Shown piece by piece: positions 8,680-16,471 of a DNA stretch of 64,000 bases (within the stretch, counting starts at the first letter, position 1; every line of letters starts with the position of its first letter). Under the pieces are notes generated by a model. It was not told the DNA's origin. It worked only from the letters and a program-made list of their open reading frames with translations, and ran no database searches. The stretch is from positions 1 through 64,000 of the IMG/VR virus record IMGVR_UViG_3300035670_000008. One strand, written 5' to 3'. The position numbers and the translations under genes are program-made.

Positions 8680-8834
8680 TGTGAGTTTGACTCCTTTAAT
8701 AACCGAATGATTTCATCTAGCTTGTCCGCGCAAGCATCTACGTCGCTACGCAGCCGTCCAAGTTCTTCATGGATGTCTTGGTGGTGGAAGCGTAGCGGCA
8801 CCTGCAGGAGCTTTTTAAGTAGCTTCTTCTTCAT
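8676..8834 (-). CDS. small hypothetical protein (52 aa)
   Basis: MKKKLLKKLLQVPLRFHHQ...; GTGA overlap with the next gene; below ORF-track cutoff. Confidence 0.5.
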   Translation of the reverse strand: MKKKLLKKLLQVPLRFHHQDIHEELGRLRSDVDACADKLDEIIRLLKESNSQ

Positions 8835-8870
8835 TGTTATACTGGGATTGTACTTTCATTGGTTTTTAAC

Positions 8871-9167
8871 ATGGGTCACAAGGTTAAAGTAAGTGCGGTT
8901 CCTCTTGAAGGCTCGGAGATTGCCCAAGGGTTTGATGTTCATTTGTTTGTGGATGACCAGCCGTTTGAAGCTACAAAGCTGACGATTGTAGCTGAAGCAG
9001 GCCGAGCAGTGGTGAAAGCTATTGTAGAGTTTGGGATTAGCGAACTTGAGTTTGACGGCTACCCGGAGACTGCTTTCTTAGCGTTGGGCAGCGAGTCTAA
9101 GTTGACTGCTGAGGAGTATAAGAAAGCTGTGGAAGACCTCCGCCGAGCTGCTTTGGGTTTAGAGTAG
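8871..9167 (+). CDS. hypothetical protein
   Basis: isolated plus-strand ORF from ATG 8871 that fills a gap. Confidence 0.6.
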   Translation: MGHKVKVSAVPLEGSEIAQGFDVHLFVDDQPFEATKLTIVAEAGRAVVKAIVEFGISELEFDGYPETAFLALGSESKLTAEEYKKAVEDLRRAALGLE

Positions 9168-9204
9168 AGCAACTTGAAGTTTTTGCGCATTGCGGCTTCT
9201 CTAT

Positions 9205-9564
9205 CTATTCCCATCGTTTCTGTCTCCATACATCTGTAATCGTTTGCTGGTGGTACCACTCCCAGATTGGTCGGCTGAAGTAGTAATTCCAGTCCAACTC
9301 AAAGCAGTAGCGGTCGTTCCGAATGGTTAGTGCTAAGTAAGATGGGTAGTCCAACCAACTATCAGACCAGCTGACCTTAAAGCAGACCCAACCAATCCAT
9401 AGCTGCGTCCAGGTGTAGCCATTGATAAAGGTCAGAGGGCCTAACTTCAAGGCGATACGGCCATCGCTACTTACTTTTAGAACGTTTTTAGCTTTACCCA
9501 TTGCCGTACTCCCGGGCGCTGCCTTCGCAGTAATCCCATTCGTCTTTATACCCGTCATGCCCAA
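9205..9564 (-). CDS. Trp-rich hypothetical protein
   Basis: ORF. Confidence 0.45.
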   Translation of the reverse strand: MGMTGIKTNGITAKAAPGSTAMGKAKNVLKVSSDGRIALKLGPLTFINGYTWTQLWIGWVCFKVSWSDSWLDYPSYLALTIRNDRYCFELDWNYYFSRPIWEWYHQQTITDVWRQKRWE

Positions 9565-9817
9565 AGTTTTTGGGCTCTGGTCTGTACCGAGCTACCACGT
9601 ATTCCCCAGACTCCGTCCTGAATAGGACTTCGTTTTCAGTGCGGCTGCCGCGGGCATACTCTTCTAAGTCTGCTTCTGCCAGTAGGGTGACGACGTTGTA
9701 AGCAGTCTTTCCTAAGAATTCCCCCCGCAGTAACCAGCTGTAGGGTTTGGAGGAGCCGGGCAGCCCATTGGGGAAGTGGATAAGTTGTTTACCGTTGGCT
9801 AAGTTAATCGTTTCCAT
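9494..9817 (-). CDS. hypothetical protein
   Basis: packed ORF. Confidence 0.55.
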   Translation of the reverse strand: METINLANGKQLIHFPNGLPGSSKPYSWLLRGEFLGKTAYNVVTLLAEADLEEYARGSRTENEVLFRTESGEYVVARYRPEPKNFGHDGYKDEWDYCEGSAREYGNG

Positions 9818-10268
9818 GTTCGTGTTCCTCCAGTTTCTGTAGTAGGTCTTTTACGTTACCTAAGGCTGCCCAAATCTCTTCGTCGCTGTACTTTAGGTGT
9901 ATAACAATTTGAAGGTCACCGTCATCATAGACCTTTAGTGCGGAGCTGCCAATTCGGTACTCTGGCTCGAAGTTCGTTAAAGGCGGGAGTTGATCTTCTT
10001 TCTCTTTGTAGTCTGCATCTTCATCTATGGCCAGTAGCTCCCAACTGACTCCGTATAAGTCTTCGGCCTTGAAGTACTGGACTTCTTTTAAGAACTTGCT
10101 GACTCTTAAGGCTTTTTCTAATGTTGCCCTGGGTAAGTCACACTCAATGTAATCGGGGGTAGAACCCCACTCGATGTTGCTGTAGGTGACGGCTGTAACG
10201 ACGACAGTGTTAATTTTGAATTTGTAGAATTGTTCCATAACTTTACATTTCAACAATTGAAGCGTCAC
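9804..10268 (-). CDS. hypothetical protein
   Basis: packed ORF. Confidence 0.55.
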   Translation of the reverse strand: MTLQLLKCKVMEQFYKFKINTVVVTAVTYSNIEWGSTPDYIECDLPRATLEKALRVSKFLKEVQYFKAEDLYGVSWELLAIDEDADYKEKEDQLPPLTNFEPEYRIGSSALKVYDDGDLQIVIHLKYSDEEIWAALGNVKDLLQKLEEHEHGND

Positions 10269-10977
10269 TGTAGATAATCAAGGCGATGGCATAGAGCTTG
10301 TCAATCACCCCAACCTCTTCAGCGTATTCGCAGACGGTCTTGCCTTGGTTCTTGGCGCGGGCTACCAAATCAACGTGGTGCCGGTAGCGGTACTCTTTAT
10401 ACAGATTTCGCCATAGGTTTTGATAAGACTCGCCGGTGCGGTAAGCGTAGCCACGGATAACTTCGTTTAAGCAGGAGCGAATGGATTTTTCAGGAACTTC
10501 TTCCGTAGCCGGGGGTAACTGTTTGAGTTCTTCATCGACCTTGGCAAAGCGCTGCTCGATGATGGCTAACTTCATGCTGTGTTCGGTCAACCGCTTTTCG
10601 TGGTCTACCAATACCTGTGCTGACTGAAGCACTACTTCTGCTGTTGACAGTGGTTGAATTTGGTAGCTTCCAGTTTTACGGATGGAAGGCAGCACCTCTT
10701 GTACTACCCAGTCTTGAAAAGGCCCAGCTTGGGGTTTGCGTGAAGTAAGGACAAGTCGGTAAAGCCCAGACTCTGAAATGTAGACGGTGTCAGGGTTATC
10801 GACACCCTCGGTATTACCGATGGTCTTTTCGTAATCTTTTAGGCGGCTGTAGGCGTCACTATAATTCTTGATTTCCAGTACACGACAAACGTCTGCTCCT
10901 AGAAACCAAGGCTCGCCGTCAATAGTGATAACGCGTACTTCTTGGGTGTTGAATTGGAAAGTTGTTAGATTTGTCAT
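10243..10977 (-). CDS. Bro-N domain protein Bro-2, paralogue of Bro-1
   Basis: GEPWFLGADVCRVLEI..ISESGLYRLVLTSRKPQA..FQDWV..EVLPSIRKTGSY; C-terminal domain closely matches Bro-1. Confidence 0.92.
   Translation of the reverse strand: MTNLTTFQFNTQEVRVITIDGEPWFLGADVCRVLEIKNYSDAYSRLKDYEKTIGNTEGVDNPDTVYISESGLYRLVLTSRKPQAGPFQDWVVQEVLPSIRKTGSYQIQPLSTAEVVLQSAQVLVDHEKRLTEHSMKLAIIEQRFAKVDEELKQLPPATEEVPEKSIRSCLNEVIRGYAYRTGESYQNLWRNLYKEYRYRHHVDLVARAKNQGKTVCEYAEEVGVIDKLYAIALIIYSDASIVEM
10801..10827. repeat. in-frame 27-bp quasi-palindrome in Bro-2 (encodes KTIGNTEGV)
   Basis: gacaccctcgg-tatta-ccgatggtctt. Confidence 0.8.
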
Positions 10978-11005
10978 AGGATTCCTTAGAAAGGTTTAAT
11001 GGTTC

Positions 11006-11611
11006 TTACGCATAAATTTTTTCAATCAATTGGTTGATTACAGCGCCAATACAGAAACCTTTTTCTTGGGGCTCATACCGAATCCAAGAGCAGCCAAGAA
11101 TACTCGTAATACAATCCTGACGCTCAATGTCTTTTTTGGTTCGATAGCTATGATACGGCTCATCGCACTCAACGGCGATACGGTGCTGAGGGAAGTAAAG
11201 GTCAATTCGATAGCCTGAAACGAAAAACTGTTCAATTGGGTTTAAGTGTTGAAAAGCAGACTTAATAATTCGGAGTGTGTCGGCTTCAATAGAAGAACGA
11301 TGTATGTTTAGGTTTATACCTAGCTGCTCTGCTACCAAACGAGCCTTTGGTTTTCGTGACTTTTGTAGTAATTGTTTTACGCCCGGTTCCCAAATCACAG
11401 TTATAAGTTGGGGTCCACCAAGGGTCTCCACTAACTGGAGACCCTTCCACTCTTCATCAATACTTCGTGCTAGCCGCGATCCATCGCTCTCTGCTTCTAG
11501 TACAGTGGCTAAGTCAGTAGCTACCACACCAAAATCAAATGTGCCCTCTGGGTGTTTAACGAATCGAACTTCTTGTTGGTCAAAGTGTTGAGCGATTAAT
11601 TCAATTGTCAT
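11006..11611 (-). CDS. Bro-N-like domain fused to a DUF559/Vsr-like PD-(D/E)XK endonuclease, Bro-3
   Basis: VVATDLATVL..KGLQLVETLGGPQ..VIWEPG..SRKPKA, then YRIDLYFPQHRIAVECDE..H..D.ER..WIRY. Confidence 0.85.
   Translation of the reverse strand: MTIELIAQHFDQQEVRFVKHPEGTFDFGVVATDLATVLEAESDGSRLARSIDEEWKGLQLVETLGGPQLITVIWEPGVKQLLQKSRKPKARLVAEQLGINLNIHRSSIEADTLRIIKSAFQHLNPIEQFFVSGYRIDLYFPQHRIAVECDEPYHSYRTKKDIERQDCITSILGCSWIRYEPQEKGFCIGAVINQLIEKIYA
11420..11446. repeat. in-frame 27-bp palindrome with perfect 11-bp arms in Bro-3 (encodes KGLQLVETL)
   Basis: aagggtctcca-ctaac-tggagaccctt. Confidence 0.95.
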
Positions 11612-11650
11612 TGAATACCTCCGAAAGGTTTAATGGTTTTCTTCTCTTCA

Positions 11651-11677
11651 AAGGGTGTCCACATTATGGACGTCCTT
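11651..11677. promoter_or_regulatory. intergenic 27-bp quasi-palindrome, putative operator of the Bro-3/Bro-2 unit
   Basis: aagggtgtcca-catta-tggacgtcctt; 19/27 identical to 11420..11446. Confidence 0.65.
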
Positions 11678-11686
11678 AGCTAGTTT

Positions 11687-11706
11687 GCTTTCTTTTTGCT
11701 TTTTTC
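11687..11706 (-). promoter_or_regulatory. conserved 20-bp upstream motif GAAAAAAGC-N5-GAAAGC
   Basis: identical to 32738..32757; one mismatch to 34898..34917. Confidence 0.6.
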
Positions 11707-11720
11707 AGTCGCTTCAATAG

Positions 11721-11748
11721 AAAAAGCTGCCCACCGAAGCGGGCAGCT
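11721..11748 (-). terminator. intrinsic terminator
   Basis: AGCTGCCCGC-TTCG-GTGGGCAGCT followed by a T-run on the minus strand. Confidence 0.8.
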
Positions 11749-11801
11749 ACCATACATACACAATTACCCACCGATATGAGGCCTCGGACGCGGGCCAGCG
11801 A

Positions 11802-12407
11802 TTAGGCTAAGTGCAGCTTGCGAGTCAACCACTTATACGCGGCGAATAGTCGGTAGCCAACTCGGAACTTCGCCGTTTCAGCTTCTATAAGCATGGTTGT
11901 AGCTAACTTCTGCTTGAAGATATCTGTGTACCGATAGACCTTGATGGGGTCTTTGCCACTGTCGTGGGCTGTGGCAGCTTCAGCAAAGGTATCAAACTTC
12001 TGCCGGTGCGTAGCTACACCGTAGATTAACTCCAGCGCGTTGTAGATTCCATAGTCAACTGCGAAGTGTGGTTTTTCACCAGGCCAGTTGAGCCCTTCGT
12101 AGCCCCGCTGCCACAACGGACGGACGCCCAGCTTCTTATTGGTCAACGAAGCCAGCACCCAGTCGAGCAGCACGATATTGGTGTCGGGCCAGTAGTAGCA
12201 GGTGCCTCCGTAGACTTCTGAGTACCACCAGAACCACCGCCCGATCCATAGTTTCTGTAACCACTGTGGCATCCCACCTACGATGTCGGGGTCGTAGATT
12301 AGGGGGCTGACGCTGGCATAAAGGTCGTCTTCAATCTTAACGATGTAGCCTGGGTACTCTGGTTCAATCTTCCCGCAGCACACGACGATTTCTGCTTTAG
12401 TTTCCAT
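11802..12407 (-). CDS. hypothetical protein
   Basis: packed ORF. Confidence 0.6.
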   Translation of the reverse strand: METKAEIVVCCGKIEPEYPGYIVKIEDDLYASVSPLIYDPDIVGGMPQWLQKLWIGRWFWWYSEVYGGTCYYWPDTNIVLLDWVLASLTNKKLGVRPLWQRGYEGLNWPGEKPHFAVDYGIYNALELIYGVATHRQKFDTFAEAATAHDSGKDPIKVYRYTDIFKQKLATTMLIEAETAKFRVGYRLFAAYKWLTRKLHLA

Positions 12408-12816
12408 CTTTTGTTTCCTCCTGGATGCTTTTCTTGCTGTAGCTGCGCAGGCGCTGCTTCAGGGATTTATCCCAGTCGCCTATCTGCTGTTGCTTGTTGT
12501 TGATGATTCTGTTCAGGTGACGTTCGATTGGCTTAGCAACGTTCTCAAAGAACCACTGGCGCATGACCTCAGCAGGTAACAAAGGCGACTTAGCTAATAA
12601 ATCTACTGTCACTGGCTGCAGCCGGATAAAGACTTCTTCATCCAGCTGTAGGTACAGCACGCCGGGATAGACATTGGTAAAGGCAATCTTGCCGCAGACT
12701 TTTTCGTAATCGGCTCCTAAGGCTTCTCTATATTGTTCAAGAAACCTTTTTAGGTATAGCTCCGCTACCTCGGTGAGTTGGCGCTGCTCGATTTCATAAT
12801 CAAATATATCTAGCAT
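12397..12816 (-). CDS. hypothetical protein
   Basis: packed ORF. Confidence 0.6.
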   Translation of the reverse strand: MLDIFDYEIEQRQLTEVAELYLKRFLEQYREALGADYEKVCGKIAFTNVYPGVLYLQLDEEVFIRLQPVTVDLLAKSPLLPAEVMRQWFFENVAKPIERHLNRIINNKQQQIGDWDKSLKQRLRSYSKKSIQEETKDGN

Positions 12817-13145
12817 CAGCTTGCTTTCTGTGATTGGTTTTCATAGACGTAGCGGGCGGCGTACTTGATTTCCAACGCGCCCAAGAAGGGATAGTCGTCC
12901 AACAACGTGCCGAAGCTTTCACCTCGAAGGAGTAGACTGCCAATATGGTGGACGGTAACGCGCGTGTTAGGGAATGTTACCGCCCCGCCCATTACGTCTG
13001 GGTCGGAGCTAAGTGTATCTAACCAGCTGTAGTAGCTCAATCTTTCCGTTCCTTTAGGTATTGTATTTGTTCTAACCATTGCCTTAGCAGTTCTTCTTTC
13101 CACTCCAGGTCGTTTATCCTGTCTTCTAGACTGTCGATGTGGCAT
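12816..13145 (-). CDS. DUF433 domain (antitoxin-like) protein; start likely MVRTN near 13079
   Basis: DPDVMGGAVTFPNTRVTV..I...L..GES...LLDDYPFL. Confidence 0.85.
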   Translation of the reverse strand: MPHRQSRRQDKRPGVERRTAKAMVRTNTIPKGTERLSYYSWLDTLSSDPDVMGGAVTFPNTRVTVHHIGSLLLRGESFGTLLDDYPFLGALEIKYAARYVYENQSQKAS

Positions 13146-13228
13146 ATCAGCTTGAGTAGCACTGCGCCTACGAGTATGACCAGATACAGAAAGATGATGG
13201 TTAGTCTTACTTCAACGGTCATTGCCAC
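13037..13228 (-). CDS. small membrane protein
   Basis: hydrophobic helix followed by coiled coil. Confidence 0.5.
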   Translation of the reverse strand: MAMTVEVRLTIIFLYLVILVGAVLLKLICHIDSLEDRINDLEWKEELLRQWLEQIQYLKERKD

Positions 13229-13491
13229 CCGCCAAATCTATCTTCTAGGTAGCTTACTAGCCGACGGATAAAGTCTTCGTCGAATTGCTTTGTCCAACTG
13301 AATTCGTTGGCTTTAGCAGTTAGGTCATAAGCAGTGATGGAGCTGTTAATCTCTTGTTGTTCCTCTTCGGTGACGTTGCAGCATTCAATATACTTATCCA
13401 CCTTGACGGATAGAATAATCACCAAGTACAGCAGCGAGTAGAGTTCTTCTTCTAGTTCTTCGGTAGTGGTTTTGTCTAGAGCAATAATCAT
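13219..13491 (-). CDS. hypothetical protein
   Basis: packed ORF. Confidence 0.5.
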   Translation of the reverse strand: MIIALDKTTTEELEEELYSLLYLVIILSVKVDKYIECCNVTEEEQQEINSSITAYDLTAKANEFSWTKQFDEDFIRRLVSYLEDRFGGWQ

Positions 13492-13493
13492 AG

Positions 13494-13883
13494 TTAATAA
13501 AGCTGGACAGTCTTCCAGTTGATAGCTTCCATTTCTTCAAATATATCGCGTAGCTGCCGCGCCCATTCTTCTTTAGTGATGTCCCGGCAGGCACCATCGA
13601 ACCAGTCCATAAACCAGTATTCAATCTTACCGTTAGGGAAGAAGCGGATTTGGTCGCTAGGGCCGCCGTAGCTCAGCATATAACTGTAGTAGCCGCACTC
13701 TTGCCATTCAAAGGTTCCAGGTTCGATATACTCAAAGTCCAAACCGTATTCGTGAAAGGGCGGCAGATTGTGTTCCTGGCTCCCTTCCGTTAAGACATCG
13801 ATGTCGTTTAGATACAACTCGATGTCAGCTTTTACTTTGGCTAGTTCATCGTCAATTCTCTGCTCGCAAGTTCGTTCTGACAT
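13494..13883 (-). CDS. conserved phage hypothetical protein
   Basis: EYGLDFEY..GYY.Y.LSYGGPSDQIRFF..YWFMDWFDGA. Confidence 0.7.
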   Translation of the reverse strand: MSERTCEQRIDDELAKVKADIELYLNDIDVLTEGSQEHNLPPFHEYGLDFEYIEPGTFEWQECGYYSYMLSYGGPSDQIRFFPNGKIEYWFMDWFDGACRDITKEEWARQLRDIFEEMEAINWKTVQLY

Positions 13884-14455
13884 AATTCATCTTCGATGCG
13901 GGTGCGTAGTTTTACTTTCTTCTGTAGGGCTAGCCGGACGATATCGTCTAGCTTAGATACGACCTTACCGGTGGCGTCCACACCTACGTCCACCGCTCGG
14001 TATTCATCTAGGGGACTTCTACGTCCATGAAGGTGCCCGAAAAGATGGACTGAGCCATCCATCATGCCATACCAATCTAGGATAGGGTAGTGCATCATGA
14101 CCAGCCGGGTGGGCGGCAGGCCTTCTTTCTTGTAAGTGAACGTATGGTAGTCCACGATATTAACGAAGCAGGCTTTGAACTTGCCCCTGTCTCTAAAGCT
14201 TCGGTCATGGTTGCCAGCCACTAGAAACTTACTGCCGTTGAGGGCGTTCAGGATTTCTACCGTCCTTGGTAGGTTATAGAAGGAAACGTCCCCTAGGATA
14301 TAAACGAAGTCTTCCGGCTGGACGGTAGAGTTCCACTCGGCAATCATACCTACCGTCATACCATCAACGGTGAGGTACTTGCCTCGGGTGTGGGCACAGT
14401 AGTTAAGGATGCTCCGCTGCCCAAAGTGGAGGTCGGAGGTGATGTAGGTTTGCAT
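13841..14455 (-). CDS. calcineurin-like metallophosphoesterase
   Basis: TSDLHFG, LGD, GNHD, HYP and GHLH motifs. Confidence 0.9.
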   Translation of the reverse strand: MQTYITSDLHFGQRSILNYCAHTRGKYLTVDGMTVGMIAEWNSTVQPEDFVYILGDVSFYNLPRTVEILNALNGSKFLVAGNHDRSFRDRGKFKACFVNIVDYHTFTYKKEGLPPTRLVMMHYPILDWYGMMDGSVHLFGHLHGRRSPLDEYRAVDVGVDATGKVVSKLDDIVRLALQKKVKLRTRIEDELCQNELASRELTMN

Positions 14456-14458
14456 AAC

Positions 14459-15196
14459 TTAGCGGAAGTAAGAGTGAATAACTTCGTCTAGCTGCTCATT
14501 AACAGCGTAATGCTTAACATCATACTTGCCAATTCTCTCTTTGAATGCTGGCTCCAAGTAACGAGACACGTATCGTCCTAAAGCACTTCCAGTCCCTATC
14601 CTTTCTACACTGTAACCAAGTTCCTTAGCCCGTACTTTTACAATGGTGTACTCGATCTTCTGCCCACCTAATAGCTTTTGATTTCGCATCAACTCTAGGT
14701 CGTCAGTTAAGGCATCCTCCAACAGAAGTTTAAGGTGCGGTTTAACTTGTAAGGTTGGGATTACGGCGGCGGCATTAATGTAGTCGATTATATCCCGCTG
14801 GGGCAATGCAGGTGGTTGTGCGTCTTCCGGCTTTGTCTTCAGTTTGTTTAGAATCTGCTCTAAACCAAAGGCACCAAAGGTACGCATTAAGGCTTTCGCA
14901 CCAGGGGCTTTGGCTTTTGACTCGTAGGCAAAGTATTCGAGCACTAAGATTGCAGCTACTGGAGTGAAGCCGTTTTCGGATAAGTCTGCGGCTTCAAACC
15001 CATGCTGTACAAGCCTTTCAGCTAATTTTTGTGAGCTAAAGTCTGCACCTCGAATGATAGACATATCATTCACATCAGCCATACGAGCTACGCCACGAAT
15101 GGATAAGTTTCCATTCGGCATAGCTTCATTAGAGATTAGACTGAACAACGCGGCGGGGGTATTAATTAAGCCGAAGCTAGGTAATGAATTAGTCAT
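14459..15196 (-). CDS. antirepressor/KilA-like putative DNA-binding protein
   Basis: LSIRGVARMADV...ILVLEYFAYES..A..LMR.F pattern recalled from cyanobacterial and phage antirepressor-like proteins. Confidence 0.55.
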   Translation of the reverse strand: MTNSLPSFGLINTPAALFSLISNEAMPNGNLSIRGVARMADVNDMSIIRGADFSSQKLAERLVQHGFEAADLSENGFTPVAAILVLEYFAYESKAKAPGAKALMRTFGAFGLEQILNKLKTKPEDAQPPALPQRDIIDYINAAAVIPTLQVKPHLKLLLEDALTDDLELMRNQKLLGGQKIEYTIVKVRAKELGYSVERIGTGSALGRYVSRYLEPAFKERIGKYDVKHYAVNEQLDEVIHSYFR

Positions 15197-15219
15197 ACTG
15201 ATTTAGTTGATGGGTAAAC

Positions 15220-15247
15220 AAAAAAAAGCGGTGGTTAAGACCGCTTT
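15220..15247 (-). terminator. intrinsic terminator
   Basis: GCGGT-8nt-ACCGC followed by T8 on the minus strand. Confidence 0.7.
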
Positions 15248-15264
15248 ATACTAACGTTCGATAA

Positions 15265-15398
15265 ATGGGTGTAAGCATTACTTACATCCTTATTCTTCTT
15301 CTTCTCGGGTGCTTAGAGTTAACTTAAAGGGAACGTATATTACCCGTACCCTAGTTAAAGCTTTCTTACCTATGGGGACAAGCATTGTTTGTCCCCAT
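15265..15398. repeat. array of three 27-bp quasi-palindromes of the Bro-N in-frame type
   Basis: 15265 atgggtgtaag-catta-cttacatcctt; 15327 aagggaacgta-tatta-cccgtacccta; 15372 atggggacaag-cattg-tttgtccccat. Confidence 0.75.
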
Positions 15399-15419
15399 GT
15401 CGGTCGTTTATAGCTAGGT

Positions 15420-15629
15420 TCATTGTTCTGCTGCGTCTTCTATTGTCTCAGTGTCGTAGAATTCCAAGCTGAAGTGTCCAGCATCGACGATGCTCTTCAC
15501 TAGGCTTTTGGCTTCTTTCAGCAATGCGTCTAGTTCTTCTTCAGTTTCCGCGGCGTTGTCGCTATGCACGGGGAAGTTAAGACTAAAGTAGTGCACATAC
15601 TTTGGTACGTAGTTAGGTGCGTTTTTCAT
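15420..15629 (-). CDS. hypothetical protein
   Basis: packed ORF. Confidence 0.55.
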   Translation of the reverse strand: MKNAPNYVPKYVHYFSLNFPVHSDNAAETEEELDALLKEAKSLVKSIVDAGHFSLEFYDTETIEDAAEQ

Positions 15630-15631
15630 GA

Positions 15632-15982
15632 TTAGATTTTACTTACTCGCACAGGGATGCGACCTTTCTTCAGCGGGGCTAAGCGGCGAAAGGCAGCTTT
15701 ACTTAAGTCCAGGCTGCAGTGGCAGCGGTCGGTAACTGTAACTACCACGCTTCGGTTCTTGTAGCGGACGCGGAGCCGCGTGCCCAGGCGGTAGGTTGGG
15801 TGTGCAGCTACCATAGCGGACTGGCTGAAGCGGCGTCCGTTGGCCATGCGCCGTCCATTGTAGTAGTTGCTGTAGTAGGTAGCACTAGCACGAACGGTTC
15901 GTGCGTCCACAGGGGCCTCAGGAATAAGGCAGATACCAGTTAGGGTACATAGCGCAATGGCTAGGGTTTTCTTTAAGCTCAT
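15632..15982 (-). CDS. RlpA-like double-psi beta-barrel protein with signal peptide
   Basis: ATYYS..YNGRRMANG..F...MVAAHPT..LGTRLRV..VTVTDR..LDLSKAAF; start MSLKK at 15982, downstream of a hairpin. Confidence 0.85.
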   Translation of the reverse strand: MSLKKTLAIALCTLTGICLIPEAPVDARTVRASATYYSNYYNGRRMANGRRFSQSAMVAAHPTYRLGTRLRVRYKNRSVVVTVTDRCHCSLDLSKAAFRRLAPLKKGRIPVRVSKI

Positions 15983-16052
15983 GAATGAAAAGCCCGCCGG
16001 AAGCGGGTTGTAAGGGTTAATCGTAGCTAAGATCAATCGATTGACTCTAATC

Positions 16053-16301
16053 TTAGGTGTTGTTCTTGACGCTATAGGTAAGGTCAGTAATTTTGTCCTC
16101 CAACCTTTTGATATACTCCAACATAGCGTCGCACTGAGTGTAGAGCCGTTTGATGTGCCCTTCGTAGTCATCAGTTGACCAATTGGCATACTTAGTGTGA
16201 CCGTTGTAGCTATAGGGATAGTATTCCGGCTTACCAAGTGGGCGCGGAGGAGTAGGGTGCTCGTCAAATCTTAAAGGCATTAGCTCTACTCTCCCAACCA
16301 T
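16053..16301 (-). CDS. small coiled-coil hypothetical protein
   Basis: ORF. Confidence 0.5.
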   Translation of the reverse strand: MVGRVELMPLRFDEHPTPPRPLGKPEYYPYSYNGHTKYANWSTDDYEGHIKRLYTQCDAMLEYIKRLEDKITDLTYSVKNNT

Positions 16302-16465
16302 AGATAAGCGTTTAGGCTAAACTCATCTGGCTTTCCCTCTGCTTTTTTCTCTGCCTTCGTGTCTACAGCAGTGATATTAGGGTCAGTTGTTTCGTCAATA
16401 GCTTTTACGTAGGCAGCCTTTAGAGCGGAGTAGTTCCAGCTGTATTTTGATTGGTTTGGTAGCAT
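16286..16465 (-). CDS. small hypothetical protein (59 aa)
   Basis: MLPNQSKYSWNYSALKAAY... fills a gap; below ORF-track cutoff. Confidence 0.45.
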   Translation of the reverse strand: MLPNQSKYSWNYSALKAAYVKAIDETTDPNITAVDTKAEKKAEGKPDEFSLNAYLWLGE

Positions 16466-16471
16466 AATTCT

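Noticed and set aside
15030-15052. In-frame palindrome in gene 14459..15196 (GADFSSQ)
   Set aside because: Only about three terminal pairs form, which is not convincing.
15265-15398. CRISPR array
   Set aside because: The repeats are not identical, the gaps differ (35 and 18 nt), and there is no cas operon; the Cas4-like gene is a typical stand-alone phage exonuclease.
15983-16267. N-terminal extension of the RlpA-like ORF in the track
   Set aside because: It overlaps another gene and a terminator-like hairpin; the signal peptide begins at 15982.
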